Of a stretch of DNA of 34,781 nucleotides, positions 25,965 through 33,794 are shown piece after piece (within the stretch, counting starts at the first letter, position 1; each line of letters begins with the position of its first letter). This DNA is from a virus. Taxonomy: Duplodnaviria > Caudoviricetes. The stretch is from positions 1 through 34,781 of IMG/VR virus record IMGVR_UViG_3300036821_000215. The stretch is one strand, 5' to 3'. Under the pieces are notes generated by a model that was given only the letters and a program-made list of their open reading frames with translations, was not told the DNA's origin and ran no database searches. The position numbers were made by a program, and so were the translations under genes.

Positions 25965-27422
25965 ATGACGGATCAGGTTGATGCTATTTTATTCGATTTA
26001 GACAACACACTCATAAACACTCAAGCCCTAAAGAACTATAGAGAAAATAGTTTGCGAGGCGATTTTACACAAGGACTTCTAGATTTAACAAAGATCTATC
26101 CAAAGACAAGAAGCATTCTGGACAGTCTCGCGCAAAGGAACATTCCATTAGGGGTAGTCACTAACTCTCCAAAAAGATACGCACTAAAACTGTTAGAACA
26201 CTATGATCTGACTAATTATTTTAAAGTTATAATTACCTATGATGACGTTAAAAATGGCGGAGCAAAACCCTCTCCTATAGGTATTAATCTAGCATTAGCT
26301 CAACTGGGGCTAAGCTCTAAAAACAATATTCTTTTTATTGGTGATGAAGAAAATGATGTAAATGCTTCATATGCTGCAGGAGTCAAACCTATTGCCCCAG
26401 CTTGGGCATCAAAGGAATTCATTGGGCAAGTACCTGCTGCGATGTTAAGCACCAGTCTGCTACTTAGTGAAATACAAAAATTTAGTAATATAAACCTCAT
26501 AGCTGACAGATGTGCAAATGAAAACAGTTTTGAAATAGAGAAGAAGCAACTTTATTTCATACCCATGACAATTGACGGGCAAATTGGTGCTATTAAAAAA
26601 GATGATATCGACATCATATGCTTAGGAAGGTATTTCAGCCAAGGAAGTGAGTTAACCGCTAGAATACATGACATGCATCCACTGTCTAAAGAAATTTACA
26701 AGAAAGAGTTATCGAACACATATGTAATCCCCGAGTACTGGGTTAGACTATTGAATCATTTTGTAGAAAAAACCCCAGCATATATTTTTAATAACACTAG
26801 CGATTTTAATATTGTTACAGTTATACCATCAAAGAAATCTAAAAACCCTCGCCTTGAAAATATGCTAAATAGGATTTCGAGGATATCAAAATCCACAGCA
26901 AAATTCATTCCTGATCTTTTCGAATTTCAAGAAAATGCGAAGAGTTTAAAAACTTTAGGTAGAAAGGAAAATAGGCAGCATGAGATAGGCCAGAACCTTC
27001 GAATTAAAGATAAATACTCTACATTGATTGGCAATGCCAAAATACTTATTATTGACGATGTTGTGACAACTGGCGCAACCTTTGAGGGGGCATTTAATCT
27101 ACTAAGTAGCTATCGCCCTGAACGTATTTTAGGGATTTGTTTAGCTAAAACCGTGAGTGTTTCGGCAGAGTTAAAATTTTGCCCGGATTGCGGAAGACGA
27201 ATGAAATTACGCACGAATCACAAAGACGACACTCACTTCTGGGGGTGTACCGGATTTCATGAAACCCCTCAATGTAAACACACAGAGAACATGAGGATTA
27301 AAGAATGTCCATCTTGTGGTGGAAACATGTACCAAAAGAGAAACAAGAAGGGAGAACTTTTCCTGACATGTGAAGAGTACTATACTGTGAGAAATTGTCG
27401 ATATACAGAGGATATCTTGTGA
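25965..27422 (+). CDS. shosT: ShosT-like toxin: HAD hydrolase + phosphoribosyltransferase + two topoisomerase-type Zn ribbons
   Basis: HAD motifs FDLDNTL, VVTNS, KPSP, GDEEND; PRPP-binding loop IIDDVVTTGAT; C-terminal CPDC..WGC..C and CPSC..C..C; paired with DprA. Confidence 0.85.
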   Translation: MTDQVDAILFDLDNTLINTQALKNYRENSLRGDFTQGLLDLTKIYPKTRSILDSLAQRNIPLGVVTNSPKRYALKLLEHYDLTNYFKVIITYDDVKNGGAKPSPIGINLALAQLGLSSKNNILFIGDEENDVNASYAAGVKPIAPAWASKEFIGQVPAAMLSTSLLLSEIQKFSNINLIADRCANENSFEIEKKQLYFIPMTIDGQIGAIKKDDIDIICLGRYFSQGSELTARIHDMHPLSKEIYKKELSNTYVIPEYWVRLLNHFVEKTPAYIFNNTSDFNIVTVIPSKKSKNPRLENMLNRISRISKSTAKFIPDLFEFQENAKSLKTLGRKENRQHEIGQNLRIKDKYSTLIGNAKILIIDDVVTTGATFEGAFNLLSSYRPERILGICLAKTVSVSAELKFCPDCGRRMKLRTNHKDDTHFWGCTGFHETPQCKHTENMRIKECPSCGGNMYQKRNKKGELFLTCEEYYTVRNCRYTEDIL

Positions 27423-28405
27423 GTTTTGTCTCTATAAACACAAAAAAGCTTTTAGCAATTAGCCAATTAAAAGGTGTCGGAGAAAAGTCACTTTCTTCTT
27501 TGGCTAATCTAGAACACTTTGATGATATGAGTATTAGTGACATTACAGAGAAGTCCTTAAACAAAAAATATTCAGCAAATGAAATCGATTCAGCGGTTTC
27601 TTTTGCTGAAGATCAGATTCATAAATCTGACACACAGAAACACAGAATAATCTCTTTTTTTGACAAGGAATATCCTCATTCTCTGAGACTCATAGAAACC
27701 CCGTCGCCGATACTTTTCTGTGCAGGTAATTTAGAAGCGCTTAACGAAAAATGCATTACTGTAATTGGTACTCGCGAACCAACTGGACACGGGGAGATCA
27801 TCGCAAAAAACCTTACAAAATGGTTTTCTGAAAATGGTTGGAATATAGTCAGCGGTTTAGCAATTGGTGTTGACTCGCTTGCACATCAGGCCTGTATCGA
27901 TGTGCAAGGAAAAACAATTGCTGTATTAGCTCACGGCCTGGAAACTATTTACCCTAAAAGTAATAGAAAGCTTGCTGAGGATATTTTATCTCAAAATGGT
28001 ACGCTCGTTAGTGAATACCACTATGATTCTTTCATAGCAAGATCTAACTTTGTAAAAAGAGATGCCGTACAAGCTGCGCTAGCGTCTGCTGTTTTTCTCG
28101 TTCAAAGTGGTGTACCCGGCGGTAGCTTGCACGCATCAAAAGCTGCTTTGGATTTAAACAGACCTTTAATCGTCGTTGGCCAGTCAAAAACAGATTTGAT
28201 TAATAATGAATCCAAATGCAAAGCTAATATATTATTGTCTGGTAACAATCTAAATGAGATAAAAAAAGCTTTAAAAATAAACTCGTTCGACAAAAACCTA
28301 ATAATAGCAATGCCGAATAAATCATACTATAAAAAAGTAGATGATGTTTTACAAAATTACCTTTTTACTGTTAAAGAAACCCCTACTGAAGGGTTTGGGT
28401 TTTGA
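27419..28405 (+). CDS. shosA: ShosA-like DprA/Smf-family antitoxin
   Basis: LKGVG, YPHSLRLIETPSPILF, VIGTR, IVSGLAIGVDSLAH, LVSEY, FVKRD, SGVPGGSL; GTG start overlaps the upstream TGA (GTGA). Confidence 0.88.
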   Translation: MSFVSINTKKLLAISQLKGVGEKSLSSLANLEHFDDMSISDITEKSLNKKYSANEIDSAVSFAEDQIHKSDTQKHRIISFFDKEYPHSLRLIETPSPILFCAGNLEALNEKCITVIGTREPTGHGEIIAKNLTKWFSENGWNIVSGLAIGVDSLAHQACIDVQGKTIAVLAHGLETIYPKSNRKLAEDILSQNGTLVSEYHYDSFIARSNFVKRDAVQAALASAVFLVQSGVPGGSLHASKAALDLNRPLIVVGQSKTDLINNESKCKANILLSGNNLNEIKKALKINSFDKNLIIAMPNKSYYKKVDDVLQNYLFTVKETPTEGFGF

Positions 28406-30635
28406 AATCTATAATAGGATAAGATATTTCCTTCCCATTAATTAGCATCGTGGCCCCACGCGCCAGCACATCTAATTGCCAATTTGATGGGTGGATACCT
28501 ATTTTCACCAAATCAAGGAATATCCTTACGAATCTTGTTCGCTCTTCCCTCGTTAGTCTCGAAGAGGGTGCTAGCTTTCGAGATTTTGAAGGGTTATAGC
28601 TTTGCTGTAGATGTTTAACCGTCGGTAATCGTCTCCTTATAGCGTCTCTCAACACCATAACGACGTCTGTGTCGTCCCACCCAATACTCCCCTCTTCAAT
28701 TAACTTCAAGACCGCTGCGGTATACTCCGAAGATATCGGAATTATTAACTGTCCTGATTCTCTCTCAACCTTCCCACAGTTATTGACAGGACTCCGAGGC
28801 GCGCCGGAGGCGCTTATTAAATTCAAAGGATGAACGGCAACTTCAACAGCCTTGGCGACAATGCGCCATTTTGTTGTGCGTGTTTCGTGGATGAGGTCAG
28901 TGCCAAGATGAGGGGCATAAACGCCGATGATTTTCTGGATCTCTTCGTCGTACTCGTTTAACTCATCAATCACTTGGCGGGCAGTTCTTACCGTTTGCTC
29001 ATCGCGTGGGACATTCGCCCCACCCTGCGCAGAAATATATGCGGCGAAATCACCAACGTCTGCCGCTGCTCTTGCAGCTTCGACAAGTTCGTCAAACTCG
29101 CTAGCGATACTCACGCCACGCGGCAATCTGCGCAGCTCGCGATAGGCTCCCATTGTTGGTACACCGATAGATTTAAATTGCGGTATACGCCATGTAGAAG
29201 CCCATGCAGTAACGGCTGCGGCAGTCTCTGACAATGATCGGCCAGTCTCATGGTCTATCTCACCTTCCAGAGCATAACCATCAATATTCTTGGCTATGTA
29301 TTTAGCGATATAGCCTGCCGCTCCGCCTTTATTTAAATGCTTACACTCAAAACGCTGAGCTTGTGCCCCCCGTTCATCACCATCTTCTTGGAGTGCATAG
29401 CGGCGCATGATGTCAACGGCAGGCTGACGGTGAGCTTTATCGCAAAACAGCATCATATGCCAGTGAGGTGTAGCGTCGTGGTGAGGCTCAACTACGCGCA
29501 TTCCGTATACCTTGATGCCGTTATCTTTGAATGCTGTACGCATCTTGCCCCAGATTTTCACCAGATAGCGCTGGCCATCCTTTGGTGAAAACGCCTCTTC
29601 ATCCCACTTATGATTAAAATTAACGCGGCGATCAGTCTTTTTCCCGACCATGCGTGTTGGATGGTATTTTGACGGTGTGGTTATCGTGAGGAACATGCCA
29701 ACATGACCAACTTCTGAGGCATATTTTTCAATTCCTGCAATAGTGCTCATCAACTCCATACGACGGATTTCAGGGTTAGAAATACTCCCCATTACCTTAT
29801 CGATGAGATCTATACGTTCCCCTGTTTCGATGTTTTCTAAATCACAGGATTTCAGATATTCCATGTTTGCTAAGCGGCGCGCCCGAACATCCCTGATAGC
29901 CTGTTTGCTGGCATAGCCAGACTTTTGCAGACTAACCTCGCCAACAGCAATCAGGAGAGATTCGCGCCATTGAGTGCGCTGCGCTTTTAACTGTCGAATC
30001 CACCACTCATCATTTACCAATCGCGCGATGCTGGAGAACGCTGAGCGCATATCCAGTTTGCGTTTACAGTATTTTTGCCAGTGCATTGGAGTGATATTAA
30101 AAACGCGGGCAGCACCGGCAACCTCACCATAAATTTTCTGCTGTGCGCTATCGGTGAATAACTTGGCTTGAACCCCGTTGTGCTGGCTTAGGAGCTGATC
30201 GCTTTGCTCTTCATATTCGGTGAAAAGCCGTGATGAAATTTGCATAGCGAGACGTTTCAGCGCCTTGTCATTCATACCCGCTAGCTGGCGGTAGCTCTCG
30301 GCTTCATCGGTGAATATTTCGTTAGTTCGACCATTTAAAATCAGCTCATATTTAGCCTGTACGACTTCGATACGTGGCCAAATGCGTGGCATAAAAACGT
30401 TGATGAGATAGCGATGAGCAGCCAGTAAACCGCTACTTTCTTTCAGGTATTCATATCGACCCGAGAAAATGCCGCTAAGAAAAAATGGCAGTGCGTGGAT
30501 TTTACGTAAGGCATCTTGCCCCTGCTGGAATTCATCACGGGTAAGAGGTCTTTCTTTTGAGATTGCAGGACGGGGAGCGTTCCAGTAATAACTCCATTCC
30601 TTATCTTCCAACGCAGCGGCTAAATGATCGAGCAT
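28383..30635 (-). CDS. A: Rolling-circle replication initiator gpA (HUH endonuclease)
   Basis: FLTITTPSKYH, EPHHDATPHWH, and the two-tyrosine motif YIAKYIAKNIDG; TAATG overlap with the upstream gene. Confidence 0.97.
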   Translation of the reverse strand: MLDHLAAALEDKEWSYYWNAPRPAISKERPLTRDEFQQGQDALRKIHALPFFLSGIFSGRYEYLKESSGLLAAHRYLINVFMPRIWPRIEVVQAKYELILNGRTNEIFTDEAESYRQLAGMNDKALKRLAMQISSRLFTEYEEQSDQLLSQHNGVQAKLFTDSAQQKIYGEVAGAARVFNITPMHWQKYCKRKLDMRSAFSSIARLVNDEWWIRQLKAQRTQWRESLLIAVGEVSLQKSGYASKQAIRDVRARRLANMEYLKSCDLENIETGERIDLIDKVMGSISNPEIRRMELMSTIAGIEKYASEVGHVGMFLTITTPSKYHPTRMVGKKTDRRVNFNHKWDEEAFSPKDGQRYLVKIWGKMRTAFKDNGIKVYGMRVVEPHHDATPHWHMMLFCDKAHRQPAVDIMRRYALQEDGDERGAQAQRFECKHLNKGGAAGYIAKYIAKNIDGYALEGEIDHETGRSLSETAAAVTAWASTWRIPQFKSIGVPTMGAYRELRRLPRGVSIASEFDELVEAARAAADVGDFAAYISAQGGANVPRDEQTVRTARQVIDELNEYDEEIQKIIGVYAPHLGTDLIHETRTTKWRIVAKAVEVAVHPLNLISASGAPRSPVNNCGKVERESGQLIIPISSEYTAAVLKLIEEGSIGWDDTDVVMVLRDAIRRRLPTVKHLQQSYNPSKSRKLAPSSRLTREERTRFVRIFLDLVKIGIHPSNWQLDVLARGATMLINGKEISYPIIDFKTQTLQ
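28779..28802 (-). other. Replication origin (gpA nick site) inside gene A
   Basis: Minus strand GCGCCTCGGAGTCCTGTCAATAAC matches the P2 ori (nick at CG/GA). Confidence 0.9.
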
Positions 30636-31432
30636 TAACCGCACCACTCATTAAGAAGTTCAAACTGAACTGGAGTGGCACGTCGTCTTTCTAACCACTC
30701 AGATATTGTAGGTGGCGAAACTGCTTCAATAGCGCCTTTAAGAATTGCGCAACGATGACGCTTTACTTGCTCCATTCCATATCCAGCAGCCAAAACATTA
30801 TTTGTAAGCTCTGGATATTTACTAAGGTATTTAGGCACATTACAGGCGAGGTTCGTACTATCAGCACTATGTAGTGGGTAGTTACCCAACACTCGGCCAT
30901 CAAGCATTCTCAGCCCATGTATTTTAGTTGTATAACCCTTACGGAGATAAATCATATCGAATGCATCTAACATTCGTTTGTGCCAGCGGGGTGTTCGAAT
31001 TTGCGCATACTCCCCAGAGGAACCAAAACATACACGTGGCCACTCTTCGCATAGTGAGACTAAACGTTCAAAACTCTCGTGAAGGTGCCAGACTGGAGCT
31101 GCCTTATCTCGGAAAGCTGTTGGCAGTTGTTTTATCAATACATCGTTATCAATCTCCCCACCCTCAACAACATCGGGAATAACAAAAAAAATCATTTTTT
31201 TATTTGAGTAATGAGGTGCTAACCACGTGTAAAAGTCACACCAATTAATTTTAAGCCCACGCTTCCATGCGCTGAAAGCCCCGTTGTCGATTGCAACAGC
31301 ATCAGCAATAGTTAATGACTGCTGTAATTGGTCTGGGCGAGCATATGAAACAAATGCACCGGAGCCAGAAACTGCGATCCGGTGAATCTCTCCAGCATCA
31401 CCCCATATTGGAGTACCATGGAAATGAGACAT
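30635..31432 (-). CDS. TGT/DpdA-like TIM-barrel protein, putative nucleic-acid base-exchange (transglycosylase) enzyme
   Basis: Ordered motifs IDNGAFS (D49), VIPDV (D87), PVWH, VCFGS, IHGL, SADS (D191) parallel the TGT/DpdA DSG, D, GG, HxxG and catalytic-D strands. Confidence 0.65.
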   Translation of the reverse strand: MSHFHGTPIWGDAGEIHRIAVSGSGAFVSYARPDQLQQSLTIADAVAIDNGAFSAWKRGLKINWCDFYTWLAPHYSNKKMIFFVIPDVVEGGEIDNDVLIKQLPTAFRDKAAPVWHLHESFERLVSLCEEWPRVCFGSSGEYAQIRTPRWHKRMLDAFDMIYLRKGYTTKIHGLRMLDGRVLGNYPLHSADSTNLACNVPKYLSKYPELTNNVLAAGYGMEQVKRHRCAILKGAIEAVSPPTISEWLERRRATPVQFELLNEWCG

Positions 31433-31713
31433 TAATTAGATTTCTTTTCTGCTTGTAAAAAATATTTCTGGCATGACTGTGCCACTTGATTTATTACCTT
31501 TGATAAAGCAGCTATTTCATTAACGTTGGAAAGACGAATCTCAAAATGGATAAGACCATTTATTAGTTGTTCAATTTTGGCGTAATATCCAACTACTTCT
31601 AAATATCCCTGCCCTTTCTTATCACCAGAAAGAACAGTTTTCTTTTTGTTGAGAATGAACTGGTAGCAGTCGCTCGTCACAACCCAATTGTCACCTACGG
31701 AAATTCGAATCAT
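31432..31713 (-). CDS. P2 Orf83-like / DUF5405 protein
   Basis: MIRISVGDNWVVTSDCYQFILNKKK...VVGYY; position after the DksA-like gene. Confidence 0.75.
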   Translation of the reverse strand: MIRISVGDNWVVTSDCYQFILNKKKTVLSGDKKGQGYLEVVGYYAKIEQLINGLIHFEIRLSNVNEIAALSKVINQVAQSCQKYFLQAEKKSN

Positions 31714-31715
31714 GT

Positions 31716-31934
31716 TTAGCTCCTGAAATGTTTTTTCTGTTGTTCGGTGATTTCTTGGCATGGCACACAACGCACGACACCGGGAAACGCTGCGCGACGT
31801 GCCGCAGGGATTGGCTGGCCGCAGTCTTCACAGACTGAGGCCGATACCCCATTGCTATGAATACGATGTGCACCTACCTGATGAGTCAAAATTTCGAGAT
31901 TTCTTTCCTGCACGGAATCCATTAAATCTGGCAT
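31716..31934 (-). CDS. TraR/DksA C4 zinc-finger protein (P2 Orf82-like)
   Basis: MPDLMD...CEDCGQPIPAARRAAFPGVVRCVPCQ. Confidence 0.93.
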   Translation of the reverse strand: MPDLMDSVQERNLEILTHQVGAHRIHSNGVSASVCEDCGQPIPAARRAAFPGVVRCVPCQEITEQQKKHFRS

Positions 31935-32176
31935 TACATCACCCCTTTATTTTCTAAACCTTCGTTGTGAAAACGGATGGACTCTTGTCCGAGTAATTCA
32001 AGAATTTCAACCCTGTCTAATTGCTCTTGAATCGCGTGACTAATTAGCGAATCCAGATGCGAGGAAAAGGTGATTGCTGCATCAGCCTTAGCCTGATTTC
32101 GTGCCTGATTTAACATCCAATTCGTTGCTTCGCTGTCTGCTTTATTTCTCATTTCCTGACCAACTGTTAAGCTCAT
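31934..32176 (-). CDS. P2 Orf80-like / DUF2732 protein
   Basis: LNQARNQAKADAAITFSSHLDSL...EILELLGQES; GGAG upstream of ATG 32176. Confidence 0.75.
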   Translation of the reverse strand: MSLTVGQEMRNKADSEATNWMLNQARNQAKADAAITFSSHLDSLISHAIQEQLDRVEILELLGQESIRFHNEGLENKGVM

Positions 32177-32235
32177 ATCTGGCTCCAGACAAAGGGATTC
32201 CCTACGCAATCAAGCGCAGAATTAAAAATGGTTAA

Positions 32236-32736
32236 TTAGTGGAGGTAAGTTTCGGGGCGAACCGACGTTAATACAGTCGGCGCATTTTCGAACAGGCTAA
32301 ATAATTCCCGTAGTGCCCGGAATAAAGCCTCTCTCCATGAGCAGGTTTCGTCATCGATTCGCCAATATGGCTGGCTGAATTCTTCTTCCGTTAATCCTGC
32401 ATGAAAATATAAAGTACGACGTTCGCTAATATTTAAACGTCCGATAAAACATGACTTGGTGATCCTGAAACTACGATACTTTGCAAAAGCAGCCCGGAGC
32501 TCATCAATTGCGCAGACAATACGCTCACGATCGCAATCGTTCATTTCCTGCAATTTCATAACTGAATGCCGTTGTCTTAATTGAGCATGAAAACAGATGG
32601 TCAGACGTTCACGTTCGCTCATCTTGTTATAGAAATCACAAGAGGTTTGCCAGCGAGCTGGCGCAAGGCGCTCACCAACAGCAGCGCGAAGCCCGGCAGG
32701 CTGATTCATTACGATAGCAGCAGTGATTACTGTCAT
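32236..32736 (-). CDS. B: Replication protein B
   Basis: 166 aa; QPAGLR...ERERLTICFHAQLRQRH...LTSVRPETYLH; ATGA overlap with the upstream gene. Confidence 0.9.
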   Translation of the reverse strand: MTVITAAIVMNQPAGLRAAVGERLAPARWQTSCDFYNKMSERERLTICFHAQLRQRHSVMKLQEMNDCDRERIVCAIDELRAAFAKYRSFRITKSCFIGRLNISERRTLYFHAGLTEEEFSQPYWRIDDETCSWREALFRALRELFSLFENAPTVLTSVRPETYLH

Positions 32737-32900
32737 TTCTTCCCCCATGATAAAAACCTTTTTACTGCTACTGCGCGCATAGAACGGCGTGAGCAGATAA
32801 TGATTCCTGTGCGGCCTTTCCCATGTGTAATTGAATTATTCATGGGACGTGCGGTTTGATGATTCCAGAGCAGTGGTGCTAAAGAGATTGGGTTTTGCAT
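32733..32900 (-). CDS. P2 Orf78-like small early protein
   Basis: PISLAPLLWNHQ...ITHGKGRTGIII, 55 aa, between cox and B. Confidence 0.75.
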   Translation of the reverse strand: MQNPISLAPLLWNHQTARPMNNSITHGKGRTGIIICSRRSMRAVAVKRFLSWGKK

Positions 32901-32914
32901 ATTACTGGCCTCTT

Positions 32915-33286
32915 CTATGCTGCGCGGCCGCGTCCACGGCAAGGCTTACTTGCACTAATACGGTCTTTCCATCCGTGCCACTCTGCCGGTGCATCTTCAA
33001 CAAGCTGATCAGCAAACTTGTCCCACTCTTTACGGCTAATCCATAACTCTGCATGTCCTCCGGGCTTTAGTGGATCAGCCATGTAAAAAGCTGGGAGTTT
33101 TCCAGCCTTGGCCATGGCTACAATTGCGGCTGGGGTTTTACCCACGTAAAGCGCAAAGCCTTCCTTTGAAAGTAGGTTGCCGGGCTTTTCCGACAAACTG
33201 ACTGGTTTGCGTTTAACGATGCCCCCGCTTTCCTCCACACGTTCCTCATCATTCGACTGGTCTGATGTTTTAGCTTTCGTATTCAT
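32915..33286 (-). CDS. cox: Cox-family repressor / recombination directionality factor
   Basis: LSKEGFALYVGKT...GKLP...ELWISRKEWD...PAEWHGWKDR; first gene of the early operon. Confidence 0.88.
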   Translation of the reverse strand: MNTKAKTSDQSNDEERVEESGGIVKRKPVSLSEKPGNLLSKEGFALYVGKTPAAIVAMAKAGKLPAFYMADPLKPGGHAELWISRKEWDKFADQLVEDAPAEWHGWKDRISASKPCRGRGRAA

Positions 33287-33370
33287 TTGCTATTCTCCAA
33301 CTTACTGTCCGATCACCAATTGGAACTAGTTAGATCTATATTGGTGCTGTTCCTTAACTATATATCCAAA

Positions 33371-33399
33371 ATAATGGGAGATATGCGATTAAATGTCAA
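33371..33399 (-). promoter_or_regulatory. Early lytic promoter Pe
   Basis: Minus strand TTGACA (33394-33399, overlapping the C start codon), 17 nt, CATTAT (33371-33376), pointing into cox. Confidence 0.8.
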
Positions 33400-33692
33400 T
33401 TGATCAATCTGAAAAATTAAAGCTCATAAGAGACTCCGAGCGTCTAAAATCGAAGGAAGTGGCTGAATTAGTTGGACTTAATTATTCCAGCTATCATGGC
33501 TATGAGTCTGGGAAAGCCAAAATGTCGATGGAAGCGGGGATCAAGATTTTCAAACACCCGCGTTTTCGCAAGTATCGCGATTGGTTCATGTTTGACGAAA
33601 CCGACCCAGCTTCCGGCCAAATTGCGCCGGCACTCGCACACTTTGGGCCAGAAAATCCAACCTCATCCCACTCAGACCAAAAGACTGGCTGA
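33393..33692 (+). CDS. C: Immunity repressor C (HTH)
   Basis: 99 aa; EKLKLIRDSERL...YESG...HPRFRKYRDWFMFDE...GQIAPALAH; divergent from cox. Confidence 0.93.
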   Translation: MSIDQSEKLKLIRDSERLKSKEVAELVGLNYSSYHGYESGKAKMSMEAGIKIFKHPRFRKYRDWFMFDETDPASGQIAPALAHFGPENPTSSHSDQKTG

Positions 33693-33794
33693 CCATATAC
33701 GCCGCACAAATATGTAATTTTTGTACAGTGGCCGACTGTTACAGCCACAAACAGACAGTACCGAACAAAGTTGTAACCATTGGAGGGCTTCGCT

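Noticed and set aside
27419-28405. DprA as a natural-transformation gene
   Set aside because: AT-rich, coupled to a HAD-PRTase inside a prophage defence hotspot; fits ShosA better
25965-31432. Functional link between the PRTase toxin and the TGT-like enzyme through purine bases
   Set aside because: They are in different operons on opposite strands, separated by gene A; no sequence evidence beyond a shared theme
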